A stretch of DNA of 64,000 nucleotides from assembly GCA_950097015.1 (NCBI GenBank), contig CATNEN010000020.1, positions 1-64,000 of the forward strand, given 5' to 3'. How positions within the stretch are numbered: position 1 is the first letter of the stretch; each line of letters starts with the position of its first letter. A program made the position numbers and the translations under genes. Shown piece after piece: positions 9,401 through 23,191 of this stretch. Origin of the DNA: Macrostomum hystrix (lineage: Eukaryota > Animalia > Platyhelminthes). The notes beneath the pieces are model-generated. The model was not told where the DNA came from. It did no database searches and saw only the letters and a list, made by a program, of their open reading frames with translations.

Positions 9401-12400
9401 TCGAACTTCAGGCCAGTGACTATCGAACGTCAGGCCAGTGACTATCGAACTTCAGGCCAGTGACCATCAAACTTCAGGCCAGTTACCATCCAACTTTAGG
9501 CTCGTGCTTGGTGAGTGAGTCCTGCATCCTCAAGCCAGTGACCATCGAACTTCAGGCTCGTGCTTTATGAGTGAGTCGCAATTCCTCAGGCCAGTGACCT
9601 TCGAACTTCAGGCCAGTGACCATCGAACTTCAGGCCAGTGACTGTCGTACTTCAGGCTCGTGCTTTGTGAGTGAGTCGCACCTGCTCAGGCCAGTGACCA
9701 TCGAACTTCAGGCCAGTGACTGTCGAACTTCAGGCCAGTGACTATTGAACTGAAGGCCAGTGACTATCAAACTTCAGGCCAGTGACCATCGAACTTCAGG
9801 CCAGTGACTATCGAACTTCAGGCAAGTGACTATCGAACTTCAGGCCAGTGACTATCGAACTTCAGCCTCGTGCTTTTGAGTGAGTCGCACCTCCTCAGGC
9901 CAGTGACCATCGAACTTCAGGCTCGTGCTTTTGAGTGAGTCGCACCTCCTCAGGCCAGTGACCTTCGAACTTCAGGCCAGTGACTATCGAACTTCAGGCC
10001 AGTGACTATCGAACTTCAGGCCAGTGACTATCGAACTTCAGGCCAGTGACTATCAAACTTCAGGCCAGTGACTATCGAACTTCAGGCCAGTGACTATCGA
10101 ACTTCAGGCAAGTGACTATCGAACTTCAGGCCAGTGACTATCGAACGTCAGGCCAGTGACTATCGAACTTCAGGCCAGTGACCATCAAACTTCAGGCCAG
10201 TTACCATCCAACTTTAGGCTCGTGCTTGGTGAGTGAGTCCTGCATCCTCAAGCCAGTGACCATCGAACTTCAGGCTCGTGCTTTATGAGTGAGTCGCAAT
10301 TCCTCAGGCCAGTGACCTTCGAACTTCAGGCCAGTGACCATCGAACTTCAGGCCAGTGACTGTCGTACTTCAGGCTCGTGCTTTGTGAGTGAGTCGCACC
10401 TGCTCAGGCCAGTGACCATCGAACTTCAGGCCAGTGACTGTCGAACTTCAGGCCAGTGACTGTCGAACTTCAGGTCAGTTACTATCCAACTTCAGGCTCG
10501 TGCTTTGTGAGTGAGTCCTACCTCCTCAGGCCAGTGACAATCGAACTTGAGGCTAGTGACTATCGAACTTCAGGCCAGTGACTATCGAACTTCAGGCCAG
10601 TGACTATCGAACTTCAGGCCAGTGACCATCAAACTTCAGGCCAGTGACTATCGAACTTCAGGCCAGTGACCATCAAACTTCAGGCCAGTGACTATTGAAC
10701 TGAAGGCCAGTGACTATCAAACTTCAGGCCAGTGACCATCGAACTTCAGGCCAGTGACTATCGAACTTCAGGCAAGTGACTATCGAACTTCAGGCAAGTG
10801 ACTATCGAACTTCAGGCCAGTGACTATCGAACTTCAGCCTCGTGCTTTTGAGTGAGTCGCACCTCCTCAGGCCAGTGACCATCGAACTTCAGGCTCGTGC
10901 TTTTGAGTGAGTCGCACCTCCTCAGGCCAGTGACCTTCGAACTTCAGGCCAGTGACTATCGAACTTCAGGCCAGTGACTATCGAACTTCAGGCCAGTGAC
11001 TATCGAACTTCAGGCCAGTGACTATCAAACTTCAGGCCAGTGACTATCGAACTTCAGGCCAGTGACTATCGAACTTCAGGCAAGTGACTATCGAACTTCA
11101 GGCCAGTGACTATCGAACTTCAGGCCAGTGACTATCGAACTTCAGGCCAGTGACCATCAAACTTCAGGCCAGTTACCATCCAACTTTAGGCTCGTGCTTG
11201 GTGAGTGAGTCCTGCATCCTCAAGCCAGTGACCATCGAACTTCAGGCTCGTGCTTTATGAGTGAGTCGCAATTCCTCAGGCCAGTGACCTTCGAACTTCA
11301 GGCCAGTGACCATCGAACTTCAGGCCAGTGACTGTCGTACTTCAGGCTCGTGCTTTGTGAGTGAGTCGCACCTGCTCAGGCCAGTGACCATCGAACTTCA
11401 GGCCAGTGACTGTCGAACTTCAGGCCAGTGACTGTCGAACTTCAGGCCAGTGACCATCGAACTTCAGGCCAGTGACTGTCGTACTTCAGGCTCGTGCTTT
11501 GTGAGTGAGTCGCACCTGCTCAGGCCAGTGACCATCGAACTTCAGGCCAGTGACTATCGAACTTCAGGCCAGTGACTATCGAACTTCAGGCCAGTGACCA
11601 TCAAACTTCAGGTCAGTTACTATCCAACTTTAGGCTCGTGCTTTGTGAGTGAGTCCTACCTCCTCAGGCCAGTGACAATCGAACTTCAGGCTAGTGACTA
11701 TCAAACTTCAGGCCAGTGAATATCGAACTTCAGGCTAGTGACTATTAAACTTCAGGCCAGTGACCATCGAACTTTAGGCCAGTGACCATCAAACTTCAGG
11801 CCAGTTACCATCCAACTTTAGGCACGTGCTTTGTGAGTGAGTCCTACCTCCTCAGGCCAGTGACTGTCGTACTTCAGGCTCGTGCTTTGTGAGTGAGTCC
11901 GACCTCCTCAGGCCAGTGACCTTCGAACTTCAGGCCAGTGACTATCGAACTTCAGGCCAGTGACTGTCGAACTTCAGGCCAGTGACCATCAAACTTCAGG
12001 CCAGTTGCCATCCAACTTTAGGCTCGTGCTTGGTGAGTGAATCCGACCTCCTCATGCCAGTGACCATCGAACTTCAGGCTCGTGCTTTTGAGTGAGTCGC
12101 ACCTCCTCAGGCCAGTGACCTTCGAACTTCAGGCCAGTGACTATCGAACTTCAGGCCAGTGACTATCGAACTTCAGGCAAGTGACTATCGAAGTTCAGGC
12201 CAGTGACTATCGAACTTCAGGCCAGTGACTATCGAACTTCAGGCCAGTGACTATTGAACTGAAGGCCAGTGACTATCAAACTTCAGGCCAGTGACCATCG
12301 AACTTCAGGCTCGTGCTTTTGAGTGAGTCGCACCTCCTCAGGCCAGTGACTATCGAACTTCAGGCCAGTGACTATCGAACTTCAGGCCAGTGACTATCGA

Positions 12401-15400
12401 ACTTCAGGCCAGTGACTGTCGAACTTCAGGCCAGTGACCATCGAACTTTAGGCACATGCTTTATGAGTGAGTTCTACCTCCTCAGGCCAGTGACTGTCGT
12501 ACTTCAGGCTCGTGCTTTGTGAGTGAGTCCGACCTCCTCAGGCCAGTGACAATCGAACTTGAGGCTAGTGACTATCGAACTTCAGGCCAGTGACTATCGA
12601 ACTTCAGGCCAGTGACTATCGAACTTCAGGCCAGTGGCCATCAAACTTCAGGTCAGTTACTATCCAACTTCAGGCTCGTGCTTTGTGAGTGAGTCCTACC
12701 TCCTCAGGCCAGTGACAATCGAACTTGAGGCTAGTGACTATCGAACTTCAGGCCAGTGACTATCGAACTTCAGGCCAGTGACTATCGAACTTCAGGCCAG
12801 TGACCATCAAACTTCAGGCCAGTGACTATCGAACTTCAGGCCAGTGACCATCAAACTTCAGGCCAGTGACTATTGAACTGAAGACCAGTGACTATCAAAC
12901 TTCAGGCCAGTGACCATCGAACTTCAGGCCAGTGACTATCGAACTTCAGGCAAGTGACTATCGAACTTCAGGCCAGTGACTATCGAACTTCAGGCTCGTG
13001 CTTTTGAGTGAGTCGCACCTCCTCAGGCCAGTGACCATCGAACTTCAGGCTCGTGCTTTTGAGTGAGTCGCACCTCCTCAGGCCAGTGACCTTCGAACTT
13101 CAGGCCAGTGACTATCGAACTTCAGGCCAGTGACTATCGAACTTCAGGCCAGTGACTATCGAACTTCAGGCCAGTGACCATCGAACTTTAGGCACATGCT
13201 TTATGAGTGAGTCCGACCTCCTCAGGCCAGTGACAATCGAACTTCAGGCTAGTGACTATCAAACTTCAGGCCAGTGACCATCGAACTTCAGGCTAGTGAC
13301 TATTGAACTTCAGGCCAGTGACTATTGAACTTCAGGTCAGTTACTATTGAACTTCAGGCCAGTGACCATCAAACTTCAGGTCAGTTACTATCCAACTTCA
13401 GGCTCGTGCTTTGTGAGTGAGTCCTACCTCCTCAGGCCAGTGACAATCGAACTTGAGGCTAGTGACTATCGAACTTCAGGCCAGTGACTATCGAACTTCA
13501 GGCCAGTGACTATCGAACTTCAGGCCAGTGACCATCAAACTTCAGGCCAGTGACTATCGAACTTCAGGCCAGTGACCGTCAAACTTCAGGCCAGTGACTA
13601 TTGAACTGAAGGCCAGTGACTATCAAACTTCAGGCCAGTGACCATCGAACCTCAGGCCAGTCACTATCGAACTTCAGGCAAGTGACTATCGAACTTCAGG
13701 CCAGTGACTATCGAACTTCAGCCTCGTGCTTTTGAGTGAGTCGCACCTCCTCAGGCCAGTGACTATCGAACTTCAGGCCAGTGACTATCGAACTTCAGCC
13801 TCGTGCTTTTGAGTGAGTCGCACCTCCTCAGGCCAGTGACCTTCGAACTTCAGGCCAGTGACTATCGAACTTCAGGCCAGTGACTATCGAACTTCAGGCC
13901 AGTGACTATCGAACTTCAGGCCAGTGACTATCAAACTTCAGGCCAGTGACTATCGAACTTCAGGCCAGTGACTATCGAACTTCAGGCAAGTGACTATCGA
14001 ACTTCAGGCCAGTGACTATCGAACTTCAGGCCAGTGACTATCGAACTTCAGGCCAGTGACCATCAAACTTCAGGCCAGTTACCATCCAACTTTAGGCTCG
14101 TGCTTGGTGAGTGAGTCCTGCATCCTCAGGCCAGTGACCATCGAACTTCAGGCTCGTGCTTTATGAGTGAGTCGCAATTCCTCAGGCCAGTGACCTTCGA
14201 ACTTCAGGCCAGTGACTATCGAACTTCAGGCCAGTGACTATCGAACTTCAGGCCAGTGACTATCGAACTTCAGGCCAGTGACTATCAAACTTCAGGCCAG
14301 TGACTATCGAACTTCAGGCTAGTGACTATCAAACTTCAGGCCAGTGAATATCGAACTTCAGGCTAGTGACTATTAAACTTCAGGCCAGTGACCATCGAAC
14401 TTTAGGCCAGTGACCATCAAACTTCAGGCCAGTTACCATCCAACTTTAGGCACGTGCTTTGTGAGTGAGTCCTACCTCCTCAGGCCAGTGACTGTCGTAC
14501 TTCAGGCTCGTGCTTTGTGAGTGAGTCCGACCTCCTCAGGCCAGTGACCTTCGAACTTCAGGCCAGTGACTATCGAACTTCAGGCCAGTGACTGTCGAAC
14601 TTCAGGCCAGTGACCATCAAACTTCAGGCCAGTTGCCATCCAACTTTAGGCTCGTGCTTGGTGAGTGAATCCGACCTCCTCATGCCAGTGACCATCGAAC
14701 TTCAGGCTCGTGCTTTTGAGTGAGTCGCACCTCCTCAGGCCAGTGACCTTCGAACTTCAGGCCAGTGACTATCGAACTTCAGGCCAGTGACTATCGAACT
14801 TCAGGCAAGTGACTATCGAAGTTCAGGCCAGTGACTATCGAACTTCAGGCCAGTGACTATCGAACTTCAGGCCAGTGACTATTGAACTGAAGGCCAGTGA
14901 CTATCAAACTTCAGGCCAGTGACCATCGAACTTCAGGCTCGTGCTTTTGAGTGAGTCGCACCTCCTCAGGCCAGTGACTATCGAACTTCAGGCCAGTGAC
15001 TATCGAACTTCAGGCCAGTGACTATCGAACTTCAGGCCAGTGACTGTCGAACTTCAGGCCAGTGACCATCGAACTTTAGGCACATGCTTTATGAGTGAGT
15101 TCTACCTCCTCAGGCCAGTGACTGTCGTACTTCAGGCTCGTGCTTTGTGAGTGAGTCCGACCTCCTCAGGCCAGTGACAATCGAACTTGAGGCTAGTGAC
15201 TATCGAACTTCAGGCCAGTGACTATCGAACTTCAGGCCAGTGACTATCGAACTTCAGGCCAGTGGCCATCAAACTTCAGGTCAGTTACTATCCAACTTCA
15301 GGCTCGTGCTTTGTGAGTGAGTCCTACCTCCTCAGGCCAGTGACAATCGAACTTGAGGCTAGTGACTATCGAACTTCAGGCCAGTGACTATCGAACTTCA

Positions 15401-17290
15401 GGCCAGTGACTATCGAACTTCAGGCCAGTGACCATCAAACTTCAGGCCAGTGACTATCGAACTTCAGGCCAGTGACCATCAAACTTCAGGCCAGTGACTA
15501 TTGAACTGAAGACCAGTGACTATCAAACTTCAGGCCAGTGACCATCGAACTTCAGGCCAGTGACTATCGAACTTCAGGCAAGTGACTATCGAACTTCAGG
15601 CCAGTGACTATCGAACTTCAGGCTCGTGCTTTTGAGTGAGTCGCACCTCCTCAGGCCAGTGACCATCGAACTTCAGGCTCGTGCTTTTGAGTGAGTCGCA
15701 CCTCCTCAGGCCAGTGACCTTCGAACTTCAGGCCAGTGACTATCGAACTTCAGGCCAGTGACTATCGAACTTCAGGCCAGTGACTATCGAACTTCAGGCC
15801 AGTGACCATCGAACTTTAGGCACATGCTTTATGAGTGAGTCCGACCTCCTCAGGCCAGTGACAATCGAACTTCAGGCTAGTGACTATCAAACTTCAGGCC
15901 AGTGACCATCGAACTTCAGGCTAGTGACTATTGAACTTCAGGCCAGTGACTATTGAACTTCAGGTCAGTTACTATTGAACTTCAGGCCAGTGACCATCAA
16001 ACTTCAGGTCAGTTACTATCCAACTTCAGGCTCGTGCTTTGTGAGTGAGTCCTACCTCCTCAGGCCAGTGACAATCGAACTTGAGGCTAGTGACTATCGA
16101 ACTTCAGGCCAGTGACTATCGAACTTCAGGCCAGTGACTATCGAACTTCAGGCCAGTGACCATCAAACTTCAGGCCAGTGACTATCGAACTTCAGGCCAG
16201 TGACCATCAAACTTCAGGCCAGTGACTATCGAACTTCAGGCCAGTGACTATCAAACTTCAGGCCAGTGACCATCGAACCTCAGGCCAGTCACTATCGAAC
16301 TTCAGGCAAGTGACTATCGAACTTCAGGCCAGTGACTATCGAACTTCAGCCTCGTGCTTTTGAGTGAGTCGCACCTCCTCAGGCCAGTGACTATCGAACT
16401 TCAGGCCAGTGACTATCGAACTTCAGCCTCGTGCTTTTGAGTGAGTCGCACCTCCTCAGGCCAGTGACCTTCGAACTTCAGGCCAGTGACTATCGAACTT
16501 CAGGCCAGTGACTATCGAACTTCAGGCCAGTGACTATCGAACTTCAGGCCAGTGACTATCAAACTTCAGGCCAGTGACTATCGAACTTCAGGCCAGTGAC
16601 TATCGAACTTCAGGCAAGTGACTATCGAACTTCAGGCCAGTGACTATCGAACTTCAGGCCAGTGACTATCGAACTTCAGGCCAGTGACCATCAAACTTCA
16701 GGCCAGTTACCATCCAACTTTAGGCTCGTGCTTGGTGAGTGAGTCCTGCATCCTCAGGCCAGTGACCATCGAACTTCAGGCTCGTGCTTTATGAGTGAGT
16801 CGCAATTCCTCAGGCCAGTGACCTTCGAACTTCAGGCCAGTGACCATCGAACTTCAGGCCAGTGACTGTCGTACTTCAGGCTCGTGCTTTGTGAGTGAGT
16901 CGCACCTGCTCAGGCCAGTGACCATCGAACTTCAGGCCAGTGACTGTCGAACTTCAGGCCAGTGACTGTCGAACTTCAGGCCAGTGACCATCGAACTTCA
17001 GGCCAGTGACCATCGAACTTCAGGCTCGTGCTTTTGAGTGAGTCGCACCTCCTCAGGCCAGTGACCATCGAACTTCAGGCCAGTGACTATCGAACTTCAG
17101 GCCAATGACTATCGAACTTCAGGCTCGTGCTTTTTGAGTGAGTCCTACCTCCTCAGGCCAGTGACTGTCGTACTTCAGGCCAGTGACCATCGAACTTCAG
17201 GCCAGTGACCATCGAACTTCAGGCCAGACCCTATTGAACTGAAGGCCAGTGACTATCAAACTTCAGGCCAGTGACCATCGAACTTCAGGC
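6455..17290. repeat. About 10.8-kb composite satellite: 22-bp unit (GAACTTCAGGCCAGTGACTATC) interspersed with 56-bp units carrying a 34-bp insert; higher-order duplications
   Basis: Direct reading. Rare variants recur at offsets of 718 (9571/10289), 972 (10289/11261) and 2628 bp (12004/14632, 12634/15262, 14167/16795). Confidence 0.95.
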
Positions 17291-17525
17291 AAAGCCAGTG
17301 CTAAGTGAATTTGTTTTTGCTGTTAATCACAATGCCAAGAGCAAACCATGCGATCCCATTCAGGAGGCTCTCCTTATCAGATCCTATACCTGGGTGCCGA
17401 GTCTCATCTCGAATACAAAAATATTTTCCTAAATCGTTCCCATAATCCTAAATATTAGAATACAAATATTTCCTATAATCCAGACCTCAAACCCAGACAT
17501 CTTGGATCACCCTTTCTCTGGCTTC

Positions 17526-17539
17526 GTTTCCATAGAAAC
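17526..17539. promoter_or_regulatory. X-box (RFX-binding)-like palindrome GTTTCCATAGAAAC
   Basis: One mismatch to GTTTCCATGGAAAC; motif match only. Confidence 0.35.
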
Positions 17540-17605
17540 AAGCACTTCAGCCCCACAAATGTCATTATAAACAATCGTCATGTATAAGAATAGATGAATG
17601 TTTGA

Positions 17606-17748
17606 GTTAGACTGTGTCTGTGTTAGACTGTGTCTGTGTTAGACTGTGTCTGTGTTAGACTGTGTCTGTGTCAGACTGTGTTTGTGTTAGACTGTGTCTG
17701 TGTTAGACTGTGTCTGTGTTAGACTGTGTCTGTGTCAGACTGTGTCTG
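17606..17748. repeat. 16-bp minisatellite (GTTAGACTGTGTCTGT)
   Basis: About 9 copies. Confidence 0.9.
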
Positions 17749-18042
17749 AGTTCCCCAGCCCAGATCCCTAACCCTGTTCCCAAACACTGATTCCCAACCC
17801 TAATCACCAACCCTGATCTCTAAAAAAATCCCGGCCACCAAAGGCTGCAATTCTGATACCGAAAAGATGATAAAGTTCCCTACCCAAATCCGGATTATCG
17901 AAGCGTCATCCCAAAACCTGATCCTGGCCCTCGATCCCAAATCCCCATGCAGCCTTTGAATATGTGATCAATCAAGTAGCCTATCAAACCTGATCCATCA
18001 TTTTTGAGTCAGTCCAAGTCAGCTTTAATTTACTCACGCATA

Positions 18043-18056
18043 GTTGCCATAGCAAC
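18043..18056. promoter_or_regulatory. X-box (RFX-binding) motif GTTGCCATAGCAAC
   Basis: Matches the GTNRCC-N(0-3)-RGYAAC consensus; followed by a donor-like TCA|GTGAGT at 18105. Confidence 0.45.
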
Positions 18057-18159
18057 AAGCACTCCAGCCCCCCAGAGTCCATTGGAGAAGCCGGGGAATC
18101 TTCAGTGAGTTGAGCACTCATATCAGGCAGAGGCTTTGAGCAAATCAGGCGGCTAATGG

Positions 18160-18512
18160 GAGATGGAGACAGAGAGAATGGCAGATGGAGACAGAGAGAA
18201 TGGCAGATGGAGACAGAGAGAATGGCAGATGGAGACAGAGAGAATGGCAGATGGAGACAGAGAGAATGGCAGATGGAGACAGAGAATGGCCGATGGAGAC
18301 AGAGAGAATGGCAGATGGAGACAGAGAATGGCAGATGGAGACAGAGAGAATGGCAGATGGAGACAGAGAATGGCCGATGGAGACAGAGAGAATGGCAGAT
18401 GGAGACAGAGAATGGCCGATGGAGACAGAGAATGGTAGATGGAGACAGAGAATGGGAGATGCAGACAGAGAATGGCAGATGGAGACAGAATGGCAGATGG
18501 AGACAGAGAATG
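18160..18512. repeat. 20/22-bp minisatellite (GATGGAGACAGAGAGAATGGCA)
   Basis: About 17 copies; source of the METER/ADGDRE ORFs. Confidence 0.9.
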
Positions 18513-18889
18513 GGAGGGCACAGCAGCAGCTGAGCACAATGCCAGTTAATTAGGGAGCGGTTGCGGCAAAAGCCAGTTCAAACTGCAGGGCCAAGCTGAG
18601 CTGCCGTACTCACATCCCTCCCTCCCTCCGCCCTCCGCTCTGAGCAGGACTCGCGATTTCTGTACAATCCGCAGCCTCTCCTGGTGGGCCCTCCGAGCAC
18701 CGAGGCGAAGGCAAAGGCATCTCGGGCCTGCCTTCTCCGACACAATGGGCCTGTGGGACTCACCCACCTCCCTCCGCTCCGATGAGGCTGAACCGCAGTC
18801 TCTCCGCTTCTGTCCTCTCCTCTCCTCTTTATTCCCTGCTGTGAGTGCTCGACTTTAAGGGCTGGAGGGGGTCACCGCCCGATGTGAAG

Positions 18890-19170
18890 CAGGCCAGATT
18901 CTGCTCAGCATCGAGTTGAGCACGGTACTGTCTGAACACAATTATCCAGAGAGGCTGTAACTAAGGGGCAGCCACCCCACTCCCAGACAGAGGCATTGTG
19001 CTGAGGGGTTTATCTGAGCACAGTGAGCCTTCACAGCTTCTCAAACTGCGGCCTTAGCAGCAGACAGGCAGGCTGAGATGGGTTGAGAAGAATGGATGGG
19101 CCGCTGCTGAGTTCATGATTTTATGAGTTTGAGAACAGTCGGAGACTGCCTGCCTGCCTGTGCCAAAGCT
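18890..19170 (+). repeat. Diverged dispersed module of about 250 bp; paralogues at about 22434-22710, 25440-25630 and 26520-26760
   Basis: Shared GCATCGAGTTGAGCAC...GCCACCCCA...AGGCATTGTGCTGAG...CTCAAACTGCG. A second shared module lies at 18620-18790 and 22940-23150. Confidence 0.75.
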
Positions 19171-19232
19171 TGTTAAGTGCTGTAGAATGCTGTGTGTGCT
19201 GATGATGAGGGAAACAATCTTCAATAAATTTT

Positions 19233-19660
19233 ACAACCCCGAATCCACAGCCCTGAATCCACAACCCTGAATCCACAACCCCGAATCCACAACCCTGAAT
19301 CCACAGCCCTGAATCCACAACCCTGAATCCACAGCCCTGACTCCACAACCCCGAATCCACAACCCAGAATCCACAGCCCTGACTCCACAACCCTGAATCC
19401 ACAACCCTGAATCCACAACCCTTAATCCACAACCCTGAATCCACAGCCCTGAATCCACAACCCTGAATCCACAACCCTTAATCCACAACCCTGAATCCAC
19501 AACCCTTAATCCACAACCCTGAATCCACAGCCCTGAATCCACAACCCTGAATCCACAACCCTTAATCCACAACCCTGAATCCACAGCCCTGAATCCACAA
19601 CCCTGAATCCACAACCCTTAATCCACAACCCTGAATCCACAACCCGGAATCCACAACCCT
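19233..19660. repeat. 14-bp minisatellite (GAATCCACAACCCT)
   Basis: About 30 copies. Confidence 0.95.
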
Positions 19661-20427
19661 TAATACAGAACCTAAATAAACATTCAAACCCTAGAAATTA
19701 AAATCTTTTATTTTAATCCCTTATCCCAGATCCCGAATCCTGAAGTCTGAATACTCAACAGCTTTCTTATTCCTTACCAAATATGCTCAAATGCTCAACC
19801 ATTCAACTGAAGCCTGTTCCTGAATCAAAAAAGATCCCAAACCTCGTGACCCATCTCGAATGGGATTTGTTTAACAGGTTTATTCGCAGATTTATCAGAA
19901 AATGGCTTTCAGCAGCTGTTATCACCTGACCAAATAGCACTGGCTTATTTGCAATGTATTTTATGTCTATGGCTAAACCTATCTAAGCAGTGTGATTTTC
20001 TCTTCACTGTCCGTCCATGCTTCAGCTCATGCGGCTGCTTAAATGTTAATTAAACTGGCTGCTAACATTTGAGCAGTGTTGCTTTTTCATTTCAAACAGT
20101 CTTTTCAGAAGTTGCTGATCTTTACAAGGCCAATGATTTTAGTTTTGTTTTGTCATTGGCACAGCAGCTGCTATTGTTCAGTGAGCACCGCTACACTTGT
20201 CTCAAAGGGCAATTCTGAGCACACTGTGAGCAGTCTCAGCTGCAGCCACCCCAGCCTCCTCAGATGCGGTTCAGGAGAGCCTTTGAAAAAGCATTCTCAA
20301 GCAGACAATGAGTTGAGCACAGCTTAAATATATTCAGTTGTTAATGTATCAAGTTGTTAATAAAATATATAATTATATCAATTTGAATACTGTTGTTATC
20401 TAATTTAAATGCCATATTCACCATGAG

Positions 20428-20522
20428 GCTCAAGTATGCTCAAGTATGCTCAAGTATGCTCAAGTATGCTCAAGTATGCTCAAGTATGCTCAAGTATGCT
20501 CAAGTATGCTCAAGTATGCTCA
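20428..20522. repeat. 10-bp tandem repeat (GCTCAAGTAT)
   Basis: About 9.5 perfect copies. Confidence 0.95.
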
Positions 20523-21184
20523 CTTCTTAACAATGTTGCAGTACGAATTTGCTTTGTGTTTTTTATTTGAATTCAAACGATTAACTTTGATATGGTGAAT
20601 TTATCTTGCATGCTTTCATTCTACGCTTGTAATATGTAAGTCTGCTGTTTCTGTGTGAGTATTCTCATCCAGCAGGGTGGGCTGCAGTTTTGTTGTTGTG
20701 CATAAGTGGCAGGTTGGCATGCAAGACAAGCTCATAGACTGCAGGTTTGGCTGAGCATTGCTTGCGTTAGATCGCTTTGGACAGACTGGAGTCTATTCTC
20801 AATCCAGCCTCTTCCTTCCCCTACTCTCGTCTCCGCGCAGTCCATTCCAGTCCCCGTGTTGGTCTCGGTTGCCAAGGGCCGCATATCGACCTCCTCCCTC
20901 CAGCAGGTTTGAGCAGTTTTGCACTCGGCCTGGAGCTCTCAGCGTGGCCCGCCTGACTGGCGCCCTTTGGCTGCGTTTTTACCTGCGGGAGGGTCTCATT
21001 GCTGTGCTGGGTTGGCGCCCAGATACTGAGTGTGCTCAAGTTAATTACAGCCTCAATTTCTGCTCACAGCTGGTTAATTTCTCTGTCTCTCTTCAGCTAC
21101 TGTTTTGAGCTCCTTTTTGAGGCCTGACTCAACATTCTCTCTGCCGTGCTGATGCTTTAGGATTGCAAAATTGAATTCTGGGAT

Positions 21185-22350
21185 GTGAGGGGAGAAACAG
21201 ACAGAGGTGAGGGGAGAAACAGACAGATATGAGTGGAGAAACAGACAGAGATGAGGGGAGAAACAGACAGAGTTGAGGGGGAGAAACAGACAGAGGTGAG
21301 GGGAGAAACAGACGGAGATAAGGGCAGAAACAGACAGAGATGAGGGGAGAAACAGACAGGTGAGGGGAGATACAGACAGAGGTGAGGGGAGAAACAGACA
21401 GAGATAAGGGCAGAAACAGACAGAGATGAGGGGAGAAACAGACAGGTGAGGGGAGATACAGACAGAGATAAGGGGAGAAACAGACAGAGGTGAGGGGGAG
21501 AAACAGACAGAGGTGAGGGGAGAAACAGACAGAGGTGAGGGAGAAACAGACAGAGGTGAGGGAGAAACAGACAGAGGTGAGGGGAGAAACAGACAGAGGT
21601 GAGGGGAGAAACAGACAGAGGTGAGGGGAGAAACAGACAGAGATGAGGGGAGAAACAGACAGAGGTGAGGGGAGAAACAGACAGAGGTGAGGGGAGAAAC
21701 AGACAGAGATGAGGGGAGAAACAGACAGAGATGAGGGGAGAAACAGACAGAGGTGAGGGGAGAAACAGACAGAGATGAGGGGAGAAACAGACAGAGATGA
21801 GGGGAGAAACAGACAGATGTGAGGGGAGAAACAGACAGAGGTGAGGGGAGAAACAGACAGAGGTGAGGGGAGAAACAGACAGAGGTGAGGGGAGAAACAG
21901 ACAGAGGTGAGGGGAGAAACAGACAGAGATGAGGGGAGAAACAGACAGAGATGAGGGGAGAAACAGACAGAAATGAGGGGAGAAACAGACAGAAATGAGG
22001 GGAGAAACAGACAGAGGTGAGGGGAGAAACAGACAGAGGTGAGGGGAGAAACAGACAGAGATGAGGGGAGAAACAGACAGAGGTGAGGGGAGAAACAGAC
22101 AGAAATGAGGGGAGAAACAGACAGAGGTGAGGGGGAGAAACAGACAGAGGTGAGGGGAGAAACAGACAGAGGTGAGGGGGGAGAAGCAGACAGAGATGAG
22201 GGGGAGAAACAGACAGAGGTGAGGGGAGAAGCAGACAGAGATGAGGGGGAGAAACAGACAGAGGTGAGGGGGAGAAACAGACAGAGGTGAGGGGAGAAAC
22301 AGACAGAGGTGAGGGGGAGAAACAGATAGACGTGAGGACAGAAGCAGACA
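21185..22350. repeat. About 22-bp purine-rich minisatellite (GAGGGGAGAAACAGACAGAGGT), array 1
   Basis: Direct reading; source of the spurious SPHLCLFLP ORFs. Confidence 0.95.
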
Positions 22351-23191
22351 GAAAGCAGTCAGCAAAAAAGCGGGAAAAGGTGAGAAAAAGCCATTAGTTT
22401 TGTTTGAGCACTCGATATTTTTTTGACTTGCAGCCTCAGAAATTATGGGGGGGGCAGGTCACCACCAAAAAGCAGACTGGATTCTGCTTACATCGAGTTG
22501 AGCATGGCCCTGTCTGAGCACAATTAATCAGAGAGGCTGTAACTAATGGGTCAGCCACCCCACTCCCATCCAGAGGCATTGTGCTGAGGGTTTTCCGAGC
22601 ACAATGAGCAGTCACAGCTTCTAAAACTGCGGCCTGGGCAAGAGACACACTAACTGAGTTGGTCTGAGAATGAGTTATGTATTTTATGAGTTTGAGAACA
22701 TTCAAAGCTATTGTTTAGAGAGCCGCCGCTTCCTACCAGAGACCCTGTGCTCTAGGGGCTTCTGAGCAGACTCAGTGCATTCTGTGGCATAGAAGCCGTG
22801 TTGCAAGCCGAGAAAATGCGGCAGAATTTTATTAGCAGACACCGAGTTGAGCACAATTGAGTCACTGAGCTCACTGAAACGAAGGGCCATAGCAACACAA
22901 TGAAGCTGAGACAGAGCTAAACTGGCTGCCTCATTGTATGGGGTGCACTGGCTCTGAGCATGGTCCGCAGTTTCTGTACAATTCGCAGCCTCTCCTGACG
23001 GCCCTCCCCGCTCGGAGGCGAAGGCGCTGAGCCCGTGGCAGCAGCGGCCGCTCGCACGTTGCCTCGCAGACTCCAGCTCTGGCCTGCCTTCTTCGACACA
23101 ATGGGCCTGTGCGACTCACCCACCTCCCTCCGCTGTGATGAGGCTGCAGCTGCAGCTGCAGGTGCATTTCCACCTCAATTTCAGATTGATA

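Noticed and set aside
6455-17290. CRISPR-like repeat/spacer appearance
   Set aside because: The inserts are a few recurring variants of one 34-bp sequence, not unique spacers; monomers are often directly adjacent; the context is eukaryotic with no cas genes.
20640-21110. GC-rich island with possible short exons (MQDKLIDCR/LESILNP...)
   Set aside because: Several frames are equally plausible, with no recognisable domain and no consistent exon chain.
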